Below, one piece after another: positions 1-8,729 of a stretch of DNA of 43,068 bases. The notes beneath the pieces were generated by a model that worked only from the letters and a program-made list of their open reading frames with translations, did no database searches and was not told where the DNA came from. The stretch lies in the NCBI GenBank assembly GCA_023150835.1, contig JAKLKB010000134.1, positions 1-43,068 of the forward strand. Reading direction: 5' to 3'. The position numbers and the translations under genes are program-made. The number at the start of each line of letters is the position of its first letter. Position 1 is the first letter of the stretch. Origin of the DNA: Myxococcota bacterium (lineage in GTDB: Bacteria; Myxococcota_C; UBA6777).

Positions 1-12
1 AAGCGGAGGAAA

Positions 13-238
13 GCCCCCCACCCCGCCCTCCCCCGTGAACAGGGGAGGGAGCGAAAGTCGGAAGCATCGGGGATTTTGTTTTTTCATGACGCACGCTGTA
101 TGCACGAAATGCAGACGCTGCCCGTTCCAACTTCCCCCCGCTCACGGGGGGATTGAGGGGGGTGGAGAAAAAAAGGCGATCAAGACCGACTCTACGAGGT
201 TTCCACCTTAACAAGGCGCGTATGGGGTGGAACCCCAC
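13..238. repeat. Composite hairpin-rich intergenic repeat (family C); second copy at 24272-24433
   Basis: 13-107 nearly identical to 24272-24367 (ccctcccccgtgaacaggggagggagcgaaagtcggaagc...gcacgctgtatgcacga); 200-238 matches 24395-24433. Confidence 0.85.
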
Positions 239-309
239 GAAAGCGAGGGCGGAAACCCACGAAATTGAGGGCGGTGGTTGTGTAGGTTTTGGGCGATGGA
301 GTGGGAAAG

Positions 310-2091
310 ATGAGCATTGTGGCGTTGAAGAAGGTGACGCTGTTTGGGCCTGTTGCGGAGAAGGCATCGGTGTTGGGATGGTTGCAGGAGTATGGCAAGC
401 TACATTTGTTGCCGTTGGGGGCGAACCATTGGAAGGAACAGGCGAAGAGCAAGGAAGTGGAGCGGAGTCGTTGGGCGCTGAAGTATTTGGAGGATTGTCC
501 GCGCCATCGACGCCAAGCGGAGGGTACGAAGGAGACGGATATAAGGGGGATTGTGGAGGAGGTACTTGCGAACAAAGACAAGCGGGATGCGTTGACGGAT
601 CGTCTGGATTGGTTGAACAAGCATATCGAGGATCTGGAGCCGTGGGGAGATTTTGAATGGTCGGAAGAAGGGGCATTTGGTGAGTTGCGGCTGTGGTTTT
701 ATGTGGTGCCGCATTACATGGTGAAGCAGATCGATGCAGGGCTGATCTGGGAAGAAGTGCATCGAGATTATCAAGGCGCGTATGTGGTGGTGATCCATTC
801 CGAAGAGCCGAAGGTTGGGGCGGTTCCCGTTCCGCGTGCGCATACAGGTTCGATACCGTTATCGAAGTTGAAGGCAGAGCGGGAAGAGATCTGGACAGCA
901 CTTGAAGATCTGGAGGCAGAGCGGGAGTCAAAGACGCGATGGATCGAGCGTTTGCGTGTTGAACTTGTAAGGGAAGAAGATCAGGCGACGTATTTACGGG
1001 GGCTTGCGCAGGCGTGGGAGGGAGAAGGGATCTTTGCGGTGCAGGGATGGCTTCCCGCGTTGGAGTGCAGGCGGTTGGAAGAAGAAGCGGTATTGCGGGG
1101 GTTGGCGTGTTTGTGTGAAGAAGCGGCGGAAGGGGAAAAGCCGCCGACGTTGTTAGAGAATCCGAAGGCATTGTCGGGAGGAGAAGCTCTGATCCAGTTT
1201 TATCAGACGCCAGCGTACGATGGCTGGGATCCGTCGCGGGTGGTGTTCTTTTCGTTTACGTTGTTTTTTGCGATGATCTTGTCGGATGCGGGGTACGCGT
1301 TGGTGCTGGGCGGGTTGTTGTGGCTGTTTCGAGGGCGGTTGGGGAGAGATCAAGCAGGGTATCGGATGAGAACGTTGGGTTGGTGTTTGGTGGGGTGTTC
1401 GGTGGCGTATGGGGTGTTGGTGGGGAGCTATTTTGGTGTTTCGCCAAGCAGCCGTTGGCTACAGCGTTTGAATCTTTTGGATATGAATAATTTTGATCAG
1501 ATGATGGTGGTGTCGGTGGGCGTGGGTGTGGCGCATGTGGCGATCGGCTTGATGGTGAAGTTGTGGCAGAGGCGGGGGAAGCCGAGTATGTTTGTGTCGG
1601 TGGGATGGTTGTTGGGGATCGTGGGTGGATTTTTGGCATGGCGCGGGAGTGTGCCGTTGGGGAGTGGGATGATGGCGTCGGGAGGGGTGTTGATCGTGGG
1701 ATTGAGCGGTGAGCGGCCCGTGCGTTCTTTTTGGGACGGTTTGCGTCATCTGTTGGCGGGGCTGTTGGCATTGGCGGATGTATCGAAAGCGTTTGGGGAT
1801 ATCTTGAGTTATCTTCGGTTGTTTGCGTTGGGTTTGGCGAGTGCATCGTTGGCGGTGACGTTTAACAAGTTGGCGGCGGATGTGTGGGTCTCGATGCCGG
1901 GGGTGGGTTTGGTGATGGCGGCGTTGATCTTGTTGTTGGGGCATGCGTTGAATTTTGCGTTGTCGATTGTGAGTGGGGTGGTGCATGGTTTGCGTTTGAA
2001 TGTGATCGAGTTTTTTAATTGGAGCCTTTCGGACGAAGGTTATCCGTTTCAGGCGTATCGGAAGAAGGAGGAACAGACGTGGAGCAAGTGA
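310..2091 (+). CDS. ntpI: V/A-type ATP synthase subunit I
   Basis: MSIVALKKVTL start, coiled-coil N-half, PPTLLENP, FFAMILSDAGY, DILSYLRLFALGLAS, VHGLRLNVIEFF motifs. Confidence 0.95.
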   Translation: MSIVALKKVTLFGPVAEKASVLGWLQEYGKLHLLPLGANHWKEQAKSKEVERSRWALKYLEDCPRHRRQAEGTKETDIRGIVEEVLANKDKRDALTDRLDWLNKHIEDLEPWGDFEWSEEGAFGELRLWFYVVPHYMVKQIDAGLIWEEVHRDYQGAYVVVIHSEEPKVGAVPVPRAHTGSIPLSKLKAEREEIWTALEDLEAERESKTRWIERLRVELVREEDQATYLRGLAQAWEGEGIFAVQGWLPALECRRLEEEAVLRGLACLCEEAAEGEKPPTLLENPKALSGGEALIQFYQTPAYDGWDPSRVVFFSFTLFFAMILSDAGYALVLGGLLWLFRGRLGRDQAGYRMRTLGWCLVGCSVAYGVLVGSYFGVSPSSRWLQRLNLLDMNNFDQMMVVSVGVGVAHVAIGLMVKLWQRRGKPSMFVSVGWLLGIVGGFLAWRGSVPLGSGMMASGGVLIVGLSGERPVRSFWDGLRHLLAGLLALADVSKAFGDILSYLRLFALGLASASLAVTFNKLAADVWVSMPGVGLVMAALILLLGHALNFALSIVSGVVHGLRLNVIEFFNWSLSDEGYPFQAYRKKEEQTWSK

Positions 2092-2525
2092 TGATCGCGC
2101 TTGGTTGGATCGGGATTTATGGGCCGATGGCGTTGGGAGCGATAGGGAGCATCGTGGGATGTTCGATCGCGGGGCAAGCGGCGTGTGGCGCGTTGTTGGA
2201 CACGGAGACGGGACATGGCCGATACATCGGCGTTTCAGCGATGCCGTCGTCGCAGACGATTTATGGGATCGTGGTGATGTTGTCATTGAATCGTGCGGTG
2301 ACGTTGGCGAACGCGCCCGGCTTGTTTGCGGTGGGCGTGTTGGCGGGTGTGGCGCTGTTTTTGAGCGCGTTGTACCAAGGGCGTTGTTGTGCGTCGGCGA
2401 TCCTCGTGTCGAAGGCGAAGCCTGAGATCTTTGGTTTGTCGGTGGCACCAGCGGCGATCGTAGAAGGTTTTGCGGTGTTTTCGTTTATTTTTGCGCTGGT
2501 GGTAAGCGCAGGGATACCGAAGTAG
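2079..2525 (+). CDS. ntpK: V/A-type ATP synthase subunit K (c-ring proteolipid, 4 TM)
   Basis: GTG start after AGGAGG; MPSSQTIYG, LYQGRCC, AIVEGFAVF motifs; overlaps the end of subunit I. Confidence 0.93.
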   Translation: MEQVMIALGWIGIYGPMALGAIGSIVGCSIAGQAACGALLDTETGHGRYIGVSAMPSSQTIYGIVVMLSLNRAVTLANAPGLFAVGVLAGVALFLSALYQGRCCASAILVSKAKPEIFGLSVAPAAIVEGFAVFSFIFALVVSAGIPK

Positions 2526-2538
2526 GCGGGGGTGTGTG

Positions 2539-3237
2539 ATGGCGCAAGAGGAAAAGAAGGACAAAAGTGCGGCAGCTTCGGGAGTAGAGAAGCTGATCGA
2601 GCGATTAAAGAAAGAGGGCGTTGCGGCAGGGCAAAAGGAAGCAGAGCGTTTGGTGGAAGAGGCGCAACGACGGGCGGATTGGATCATCAACCAAGCGCGA
2701 GAAGAGATCGAGGCGATGCAAAAGCAAGCCGAGGAGAGCATGGCGCGGGAGCGAGCGGCGGCAGAAGAGGCGTTGCGGGTTGCGGCGCGGGATACGGTGT
2801 TGCAGATGCGGGAGGGGGTGGTGCGGCGTTTTCGGACGCGCCTGCATAGTCTTGTGGGGGCGCAGCTTGAAGACCCGTCTTTTTTGCATCAGTTGATCCT
2901 TGAGGTGGCGGGGCGAGCCCGTCAGGATGCAGGGATCGATACGCAGACGCGGCTGGAAGTGATCTTGCCGCGTGATGTCGTGGGCTTGAGCGAACTGCGC
3001 GAGCATCCCGAGAAGGTGACGCAAGGTGCGTTGGGCCAGTATGTGCAAGCCGTAGCGGGTGAGCTTTTCCGCGAAGGGTTGGCTTTTTCGGTCTCGGATG
3101 CTTTTCAAGAGGGGATCCGCATCCGTCTGTTGGAAAAAGAAGTGGAGATCGATCTTTCGGAACAAGCGGTGAGTCAGCTTCTCTTGCAACATCTCCAGCC
3201 GCGTTTTCGGGCTTTATTGGAAGGTGTGATCCGTTGA
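2539..3237 (+). CDS. ntpE: V/A-type ATP synthase subunit E
   Basis: SGVEKLIERLKKEGV coiled-coil N-terminus, LQPRFRALLEG C-terminus, operon position. Confidence 0.85.
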   Translation: MAQEEKKDKSAAASGVEKLIERLKKEGVAAGQKEAERLVEEAQRRADWIINQAREEIEAMQKQAEESMARERAAAEEALRVAARDTVLQMREGVVRRFRTRLHSLVGAQLEDPSFLHQLILEVAGRARQDAGIDTQTRLEVILPRDVVGLSELREHPEKVTQGALGQYVQAVAGELFREGLAFSVSDAFQEGIRIRLLEKEVEIDLSEQAVSQLLLQHLQPRFRALLEGVIR

Positions 3238-3908
3238 TGGCAACTCCCTACTACACATTGATCACCAGTTTGCCGCGTATGCCAGCGTTGTTTGAAGCGC
3301 AGCGTTTGCCGATCTCGCCTGAGCGGTTGGCGAAACGTTTGGAGATGTTGGATGCTTTAGAAGTGGCGCTATTGGACAGGATCTTGGATCTGTTGTTGTG
3401 GGACAAGCAGATGCCGAGTCGAACGGATCGAGAGATGTTGGCGAAGGCAGAGATGTTGACGCTGACATCGTATCCGTCGATCATGGCGGTGGTGTCGTGG
3501 TTTACGGATGTGAGGACGATCCTGACTGCGTTGCGTCGACGCCATCGCGATCTGTCCCCACCCGCGAAAGGGGCTGTATGGTCTTTTGGGCGCTGGACAG
3601 AACATCTCTTGCGGCATTGGGAGCAGCCAGAATTTGGGCTGGAACGGCATCTGCCTTGGTTGTCCGAGATGCGATTGATGTGGGAGGCGGGTGAAAGTCT
3701 CGCGGTGGAGCGGATGTTGCTGGATCTGAAATGGAAACGCTTGTTGCAGGCGGCGGAACAACACAGCTTCGACTTTGAAGCGGTGGTGTACTATGTGCTG
3801 CGTTGGCACTTGTTGGGTCGGTGGTTGCGCTACAATGGAACGGCAGCGTTGGTGCGTTTCGATGATATGGTGGAGAGGGCGATGTCGGGTGTGGATATCA
3901 CGGGATGA
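3237..3908 (+). CDS. DUF2764 family protein (subunit C-like, V-ATPase operon)
   Basis: YYTLITSLP N-terminus, HSFDFEAVVYYVLRW; between subunits E and A; TGATG overlap with E. Confidence 0.85.
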   Translation: MATPYYTLITSLPRMPALFEAQRLPISPERLAKRLEMLDALEVALLDRILDLLLWDKQMPSRTDREMLAKAEMLTLTSYPSIMAVVSWFTDVRTILTALRRRHRDLSPPAKGAVWSFGRWTEHLLRHWEQPEFGLERHLPWLSEMRLMWEAGESLAVERMLLDLKWKRLLQAAEQHSFDFEAVVYYVLRWHLLGRWLRYNGTAALVRFDDMVERAMSGVDITG

Positions 3909-3945
3909 TATGGTGGAGAGGGCGATGTCGGGTGTGGATATCACG
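3861..3945 (+). repeat. Tandem duplication, two identical 42-bp copies, 43-bp period
   Basis: gatgatatggtggagagggcgatgtcgggtgtggatatcacg at 3861-3902 and 3904-3945. Confidence 0.97.
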
Positions 3946-3971
3946 AATGGATCGATGGATCGGAGGAAGGG

Positions 3972-5765
3972 ATGACGCCAAGTGCGCGAGTGGTTGCGGT
4001 GCATGACGATGTGGTGACGATCGAGGTGTTGCGTTCGCAAGGAGAGCAGCCTTCGGGCCTAATGAAGAATGAGGTGGTGTACATCTTGCCGGAGCTAGGG
4101 GGAGAAAAAGAGATCAGGCTCAAGGCAGAGGTGTTGCGTGTGCGCGGGGATCGTGCGGATGCGCAAGTGTTTGAGGATACACGGGGCGTCGCGGTGGGAG
4201 CGTGGGTCGAACAGACGGGGCGGATGTTGTCAGCGGCGTTGGGACCGGGGCTTTTGGGTCAGGTGTACGATGGCTTGCAGAATCCGCTGGAATGGCTGGC
4301 CTCGGAGCATGGGCTATTTTTGCCGCGAGGGGTAGAAGGCGATAGCCTCAACGAAAAGAAGGCATGGGCGTTTTCGTCTCGCGTGCGTGCGGGAGATACG
4401 GTGAAAGCAGGCGATATCTTGGGTCATGTGCAAGAGTCGCGGTTTACGCACAAGGTGATGGTTCCGTTTGACTGGCCGGGTCGGTCAGAAGTGGTGTGGA
4501 TCCAAGAGGGCCAGTTTACGGTGACGCAGCCTGTGGCGGCGTTGCGAGATCGTTTTGGTCGAGAACAGACGGTGACGATGGCGCAGCGTTGGCCTGTACG
4601 CAAGACGCTGGCGAGCAAGCTATTGCAGCGCGGATACAGCGAGCGTTTGTATCCTGACGAGCCGTTGGTGACGACAACGCGGTTGATCGATACGCTATTT
4701 CCTGTGGCGCGTGGGGGGACGGCGTGTATCCCGGGGCCGTTTGGTGCTGGAAAAACGGTGTTGCAGCACTTGTTGTCGCGTTTTTCGGATGTGGATATCG
4801 TGTTGGTGGTGGCGTGTGGAGAGCGGGCAGGAGAAGTCGTCGAGACGATCACGGAGTTTCCGAGTCTTCGTGATCCAAGGGGCGGTGGCTCGCTGATGGA
4901 TCGAACGATCATCTTGTGCAATACTTCGTCGATGCCCGTTGCTGCGAGGGAATCATCGATCTATATGGGGGTGACGTTGGGGGAATACTACCGCCAGATG
5001 GGGCTACATGTGTTGATGTTGGCGGATTCTACGTCGCGATGGGCGCAGGCGATGCGCGAAACCTCGGGGCGTTTGGAAGAGATCCCGGGAGAAGAAGCTT
5101 TTCCTGCGTATCTGGATTCGGCGATCCGTGGTGTGTACGAGCGTGCAGGAGTGTTGCGCACAAATGACGGAAGCATCGGCAGTTTAACGATCATCGGAAC
5201 GGTATCGCCCGCAGGTGGGAACTTTGAAGAACCCGTCACCCAGTCGACCTTGCGCACCGTCAAGACTTTCCTTGGGCTGAGTGCTGAACGCGCCTACAAG
5301 CGGTCCTATCCTGCGATCGATCCGCTGTTGTCGTGGTCGCGTTATCTCGATCAGCTTGAAGCATGGTATACACGCGAACTAGGGCCCGAATGGGTGCCGC
5401 GTGTTAAGCAGCTTTTGGCCTTGATCAAACAAGGCGAGATCGTCCGTCAGATGATGCTCGTCACAGGCGAAGAAGGTATCTCCCTTCACGATGCTGTGGC
5501 CTATCACAAAGCCCTGTTTCTGGATCGCGTCTACCTCCAACAAGATGCTTTTGATGCGGTCGATGCTTCCGTCTCTTTGGAACGCCAAAAACGCACCTTG
5601 GCGCTGATCATGCGCTTTATCGACAAAGACTACCCCTTTGAAGAAAAGCAACAGATCGCTGATTTTTTTACTCGACTGACGGGGCTTTTCAAAAACTTGA
5701 ACTACGCCCGCGAAGGGAGTTCGGACGAACAAGAGATCACCGCGCAGATCCTTGCTCTGGCCTAA
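3972..5765 (+). CDS. ntpA: V/A-type ATP synthase subunit A (catalytic)
   Basis: Walker A GPFGAGKT, ACGERAGE, NTSSMPVAARE, ADSTSRWAQAMRE, SPAGGNFEEPVTQ. Confidence 0.97.
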   Translation: MTPSARVVAVHDDVVTIEVLRSQGEQPSGLMKNEVVYILPELGGEKEIRLKAEVLRVRGDRADAQVFEDTRGVAVGAWVEQTGRMLSAALGPGLLGQVYDGLQNPLEWLASEHGLFLPRGVEGDSLNEKKAWAFSSRVRAGDTVKAGDILGHVQESRFTHKVMVPFDWPGRSEVVWIQEGQFTVTQPVAALRDRFGREQTVTMAQRWPVRKTLASKLLQRGYSERLYPDEPLVTTTRLIDTLFPVARGGTACIPGPFGAGKTVLQHLLSRFSDVDIVLVVACGERAGEVVETITEFPSLRDPRGGGSLMDRTIILCNTSSMPVAARESSIYMGVTLGEYYRQMGLHVLMLADSTSRWAQAMRETSGRLEEIPGEEAFPAYLDSAIRGVYERAGVLRTNDGSIGSLTIIGTVSPAGGNFEEPVTQSTLRTVKTFLGLSAERAYKRSYPAIDPLLSWSRYLDQLEAWYTRELGPEWVPRVKQLLALIKQGEIVRQMMLVTGEEGISLHDAVAYHKALFLDRVYLQQDAFDAVDASVSLERQKRTLALIMRFIDKDYPFEEKQQIADFFTRLTGLFKNLNYAREGSSDEQEITAQILALA

Positions 5766-5773
5766 GAAAAGTC

Positions 5774-5894
5774 CACGGAATACACGGAAAGCACGGAAAG
5801 AAGGCAGAAAAAGAAAAGCACACGGAAAGCACGGAAAGAAGGCAGAAAAAGAAAAGCACACGGAAAGCACGGAAAGAAGGCAGAAAAAGAAAAG
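5774..5894 (+). repeat. Purine-rich 38-bp tandem repeat, about 3 copies
   Basis: Unit cacggaaagcacggaaagaaggcagaaaaagaaaagca at 5783, 5821, 5859. Confidence 0.95.
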
Positions 5895-5901
5895 TCGGGG
5901 A

Positions 5902-6966
5902 GTGTTGGTGAGAGGAGCATCAGGGGAGGGGTGGGTTGCGCTGTGCCATCTGTTGGAAGAGGCGGAGGGATGGGAGCGAGAGATGTGTGTGGATTATGTG
6001 GCGCACCACACAACGGGGTGGGACGCGGGGCTGCGTAAGCCGTTGTATGCGTGGTGGAAGCGTCGGAAGGCGGGAGAATCGACGGAGTACAACGGCTTGT
6101 GCGAGGAATGGAGCGGGTATGTGTGGGACGCGGGGACGTTTGCAGGAGAGGTGCGCGAGATGCCAGAGATGCCAGAGATGCGGATGATCTGGTGTCCGTC
6201 GGGGTCGTTTTGGATGGGAGCGACGGAGGCAGAAAGAGCGGAAGAAGCGGAGAGCAAAGAGTATCCACGACATGAGGTGACGTTGACGAGGGGATTTTGG
6301 ATTGGGCAAACCCCTGTGACACAGGCGCAATTTGTGGCGTTGATGGGTTATCAGCCGTCGCGTTTTGAGGGAGTGCGGCGTCCTGTGGAGCGGGTGTCGT
6401 GGCACGAAGCTGCGGCCTTTTGCAACGCATTGTCGCGCCATCTTGGCGATCCGTTGGTCTTTGTGGAGCAGGCACAAGAATGTGCGTGGGATGTGCGGTG
6501 TCGTATCGACAAGCGTTGGGTTGGTGGAACTTATGCTCAGGCATCAGGATTCCGCTTACCGACGGAGGCTGAGTGGGAGTATGCGTGTCGGGCGGGATCG
6601 TGTGCGCCAAGGTATGCAGAGCTAAAACGCTGCGGGTGGTACTGGAACAACGCATCACGGCAGACGCAAGATGTGGCCCAAAAACAGTCGAACAGATGGG
6701 GATTGTACGATACATTGGGCAACGTGTGGGAGTGGTGCTACGATGCGTCGGGTCGAAGCTACACGGCGGAAAGCGTCTGTGATCCGATCTGTGATGGGGA
6801 GGATCTGCGCGGTGGTTTAGATGAAAAAGAAGTGGTGCGTGTTGTGCGCGGTGGAAGTTGGTACAGTGGAAAAGAGATGTGCCGAGCAGCATACCGCTTT
6901 GACGATGTGATGTTTTTGCGCGACGATGCGATCGGTTTTCGTGTGGTGCGTGGTGTGGTTGGGTAG
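5902..6966 (+). CDS. Formylglycine-generating enzyme (FGE-sulfatase) fold protein with Trp-rich N-terminal domain; start uncertain
   Basis: PSGSFWMG, EYPRHEVTLTRGFWIGQTPVTQAQF, FRLPTEAEWEYACRAG, GLYDTLGNVWEWC, RVVRGGSW, GFRVVR. Confidence 0.88.
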   Translation: MLVRGASGEGWVALCHLLEEAEGWEREMCVDYVAHHTTGWDAGLRKPLYAWWKRRKAGESTEYNGLCEEWSGYVWDAGTFAGEVREMPEMPEMRMIWCPSGSFWMGATEAERAEEAESKEYPRHEVTLTRGFWIGQTPVTQAQFVALMGYQPSRFEGVRRPVERVSWHEAAAFCNALSRHLGDPLVFVEQAQECAWDVRCRIDKRWVGGTYAQASGFRLPTEAEWEYACRAGSCAPRYAELKRCGWYWNNASRQTQDVAQKQSNRWGLYDTLGNVWEWCYDASGRSYTAESVCDPICDGEDLRGGLDEKEVVRVVRGGSWYSGKEMCRAAYRFDDVMFLRDDAIGFRVVRGVVG

Positions 6967-6985
6967 GTTCGGGAGGCGGTTGGCG

Positions 6986-8206
6986 ATGGCGATCTTGCAG
7001 TTCCGTGTTGTGGTTTTTCGTTTGGCTGTGGGTGTCTTGTTGATTGGCTTGGCCGTATGGTTTCTTTGGAACGCTTGGTTTTTGGACTGGGCAGGATGCA
7101 CGTATGGAAATCGTGAGTATTGCTATGCTTTGGGAGAGCGTTACAAGAAGGGAAGGGGATTAAAAAAGGACGTTCGTGCTGCTTTTGTATATTTTCAAAA
7201 AAGTTGCGCAGGTGGGGATGGGATAGGATGCACAGAACAAGCGTTTTTGCCGCTACCTTTTTCAAAAACAACAAGTACACCCGATTTGATGAAACGAAAG
7301 ATGGTGACGCTGACAGTGAGATTTTTTGGACATCGAACTTGCATTTTTGTTCAAAATAAAAAAGTGACGTGCGATATCTTCCGTCATTATACAAATCCGT
7401 CGATTAAGGCACCGACATACGACTCTTCTTTTGTAATCAAACCACTTTACGAAGAACTCAAAAAGCACTACAGTAAACCCAACATAGAGCCAGATCGCGT
7501 TGCGAGCCGCGTAGAAGCAAAGGCTGCCTTAAACAAGCAGAAAGGGTTGACGTCAGAAGAAAAAAAAACGATTTCGATAGAAAAATCGTCGCAAGAATTG
7601 CTGAAAGAGTTGCCAAAAAAATGGAGATTACTTCTTGGAGAAGAGGAACTGGGTTTTGTAAGCACTCGACCGATTCTATTTGTTATGGAGACGCAAACAC
7701 GAGGCCAATTGCTTTCAGAGATCCACGCTACAGCTAAAGAAGCGGGATTTTTTTCGCAATACCTGATGGTTTGCCATGGTCGTCAGGGCGTTTGTCAGAG
7801 ACGACTGTTGGAGATAAGTCACGGACGGCCGGATGGCTACTTCTTTCGCGGTTTCTATGAGTATGGTCGAAAGGTAAGGCCTCGTACGCCATCGTACTAC
7901 GTCGACGTTCTTGTGGAGGAGAATGGGATCGTCGTCGCCGAGCGGGAAAAGCCGTCATCGTTATCGGATGATCGTGCTGTACAAAGCACATACATCCCGA
8001 AGCGTGGAGGAGAATATGATATACACAAACTGTCTCGCTATTTAGAAGAGTCTCTTCAAAAGCAACCCAGATTGGCTGCGTGTCTTGTGAGAGCAACTTC
8101 GGACGTGACGATCCAATCCTTGGTATCGGCGTTGGAAGCAAACGTCTCGATATCGAGTAAGCAACCTATCTTTCGCTATATCTTATACAGCAACAATCGG
8201 TGGTGA
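6986..8206 (+). CDS. Membrane-anchored SEL1-repeat protein with two ExbD/TolR-like domains
   Basis: N-terminal TM; CYALGERYKKGRGLKKDVRAAFVYFQKSC (Sel1); IKPLYEELKK...LLSEIHATAKEAGF and IPKRGGEYDIHKLSRYL...VTIQSLVSALEA resemble myxobacterial ExbD-like (AglS/AglV) periplasmic domains. Confidence 0.65.
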   Translation: MAILQFRVVVFRLAVGVLLIGLAVWFLWNAWFLDWAGCTYGNREYCYALGERYKKGRGLKKDVRAAFVYFQKSCAGGDGIGCTEQAFLPLPFSKTTSTPDLMKRKMVTLTVRFFGHRTCIFVQNKKVTCDIFRHYTNPSIKAPTYDSSFVIKPLYEELKKHYSKPNIEPDRVASRVEAKAALNKQKGLTSEEKKTISIEKSSQELLKELPKKWRLLLGEEELGFVSTRPILFVMETQTRGQLLSEIHATAKEAGFFSQYLMVCHGRQGVCQRRLLEISHGRPDGYFFRGFYEYGRKVRPRTPSYYVDVLVEENGIVVAEREKPSSLSDDRAVQSTYIPKRGGEYDIHKLSRYLEESLQKQPRLAACLVRATSDVTIQSLVSALEANVSISSKQPIFRYILYSNNRW

Positions 8207-8235
8207 AAAAAGGAACGGATGCGTGAGTGTCCGAG

Positions 8236-8652
8236 ATGCGAGCAGATTGGAGAAGAGCGATGCTTTTGTCAAAATCGCGGTGTGTAGAGTTGGTGGTGGT
8301 GACGTTGGCGACGTATTCGTATGCGTTGGAAAAAGCGTGGGGACTGCGGGATGCGCTCGAAAAGGCGGGACTTTGTGATCCTTTGCGGGTGTTGGGGATG
8401 GATGGGACAGGGCTGGGCAACGCTTTGAAAGCGGCGGGTTATGATCGCGGTGGCATCACCCACATCATCGCGCCGCGTTTGTTGGCGCTGATGGGTGCGA
8501 TCCAAGAGGGAAAGTTGGATGCGCTGGAGGTGCATCTGAAACAACGCAACGAAGGGGATTTTCGTAAGCTCTTGGAAGGCGTAAAGGGCTTTGGGCCGAC
8601 AGCCTCGAAACTAGCGTGGGCATTGATGTCGCCAGCAGAAGCGAAACGTTAG
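8236..8652 (+). CDS. Small helical protein with C-terminal helix-hairpin-helix motif; start uncertain (8227/8236/8260)
   Basis: LLEGVKGFGPTASKLA fits the HhH consensus. Confidence 0.65.
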   Translation: MRADWRRAMLLSKSRCVELVVVTLATYSYALEKAWGLRDALEKAGLCDPLRVLGMDGTGLGNALKAAGYDRGGITHIIAPRLLALMGAIQEGKLDALEVHLKQRNEGDFRKLLEGVKGFGPTASKLAWALMSPAEAKR

Positions 8653-8729
8653 CTCGCGGAAGATGTCGGTGGGATGTGGGTTCCAGACGTATGGCGTCGA
8701 GCGCAACAGGAAAGTTGGAGGGTCGAGGA

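Noticed and set aside
5752-5901. Lys/Arg-rich N-terminal extension of the FGE ORF
   Set aside because: It is the translation of the 38-bp tandem repeat
1256-6892. Long antisense ORFs (e.g. 1459-2448, 5762-6892) and similar shadows elsewhere
   Set aside because: Opposite well-supported genes; Pro/Thr/His-rich artefacts of strand skew
5902-6966. DGR target gene (FGE/CLec fold)
   Set aside because: No reverse transcriptase and no template-repeat copy of the 3' end seen in the window
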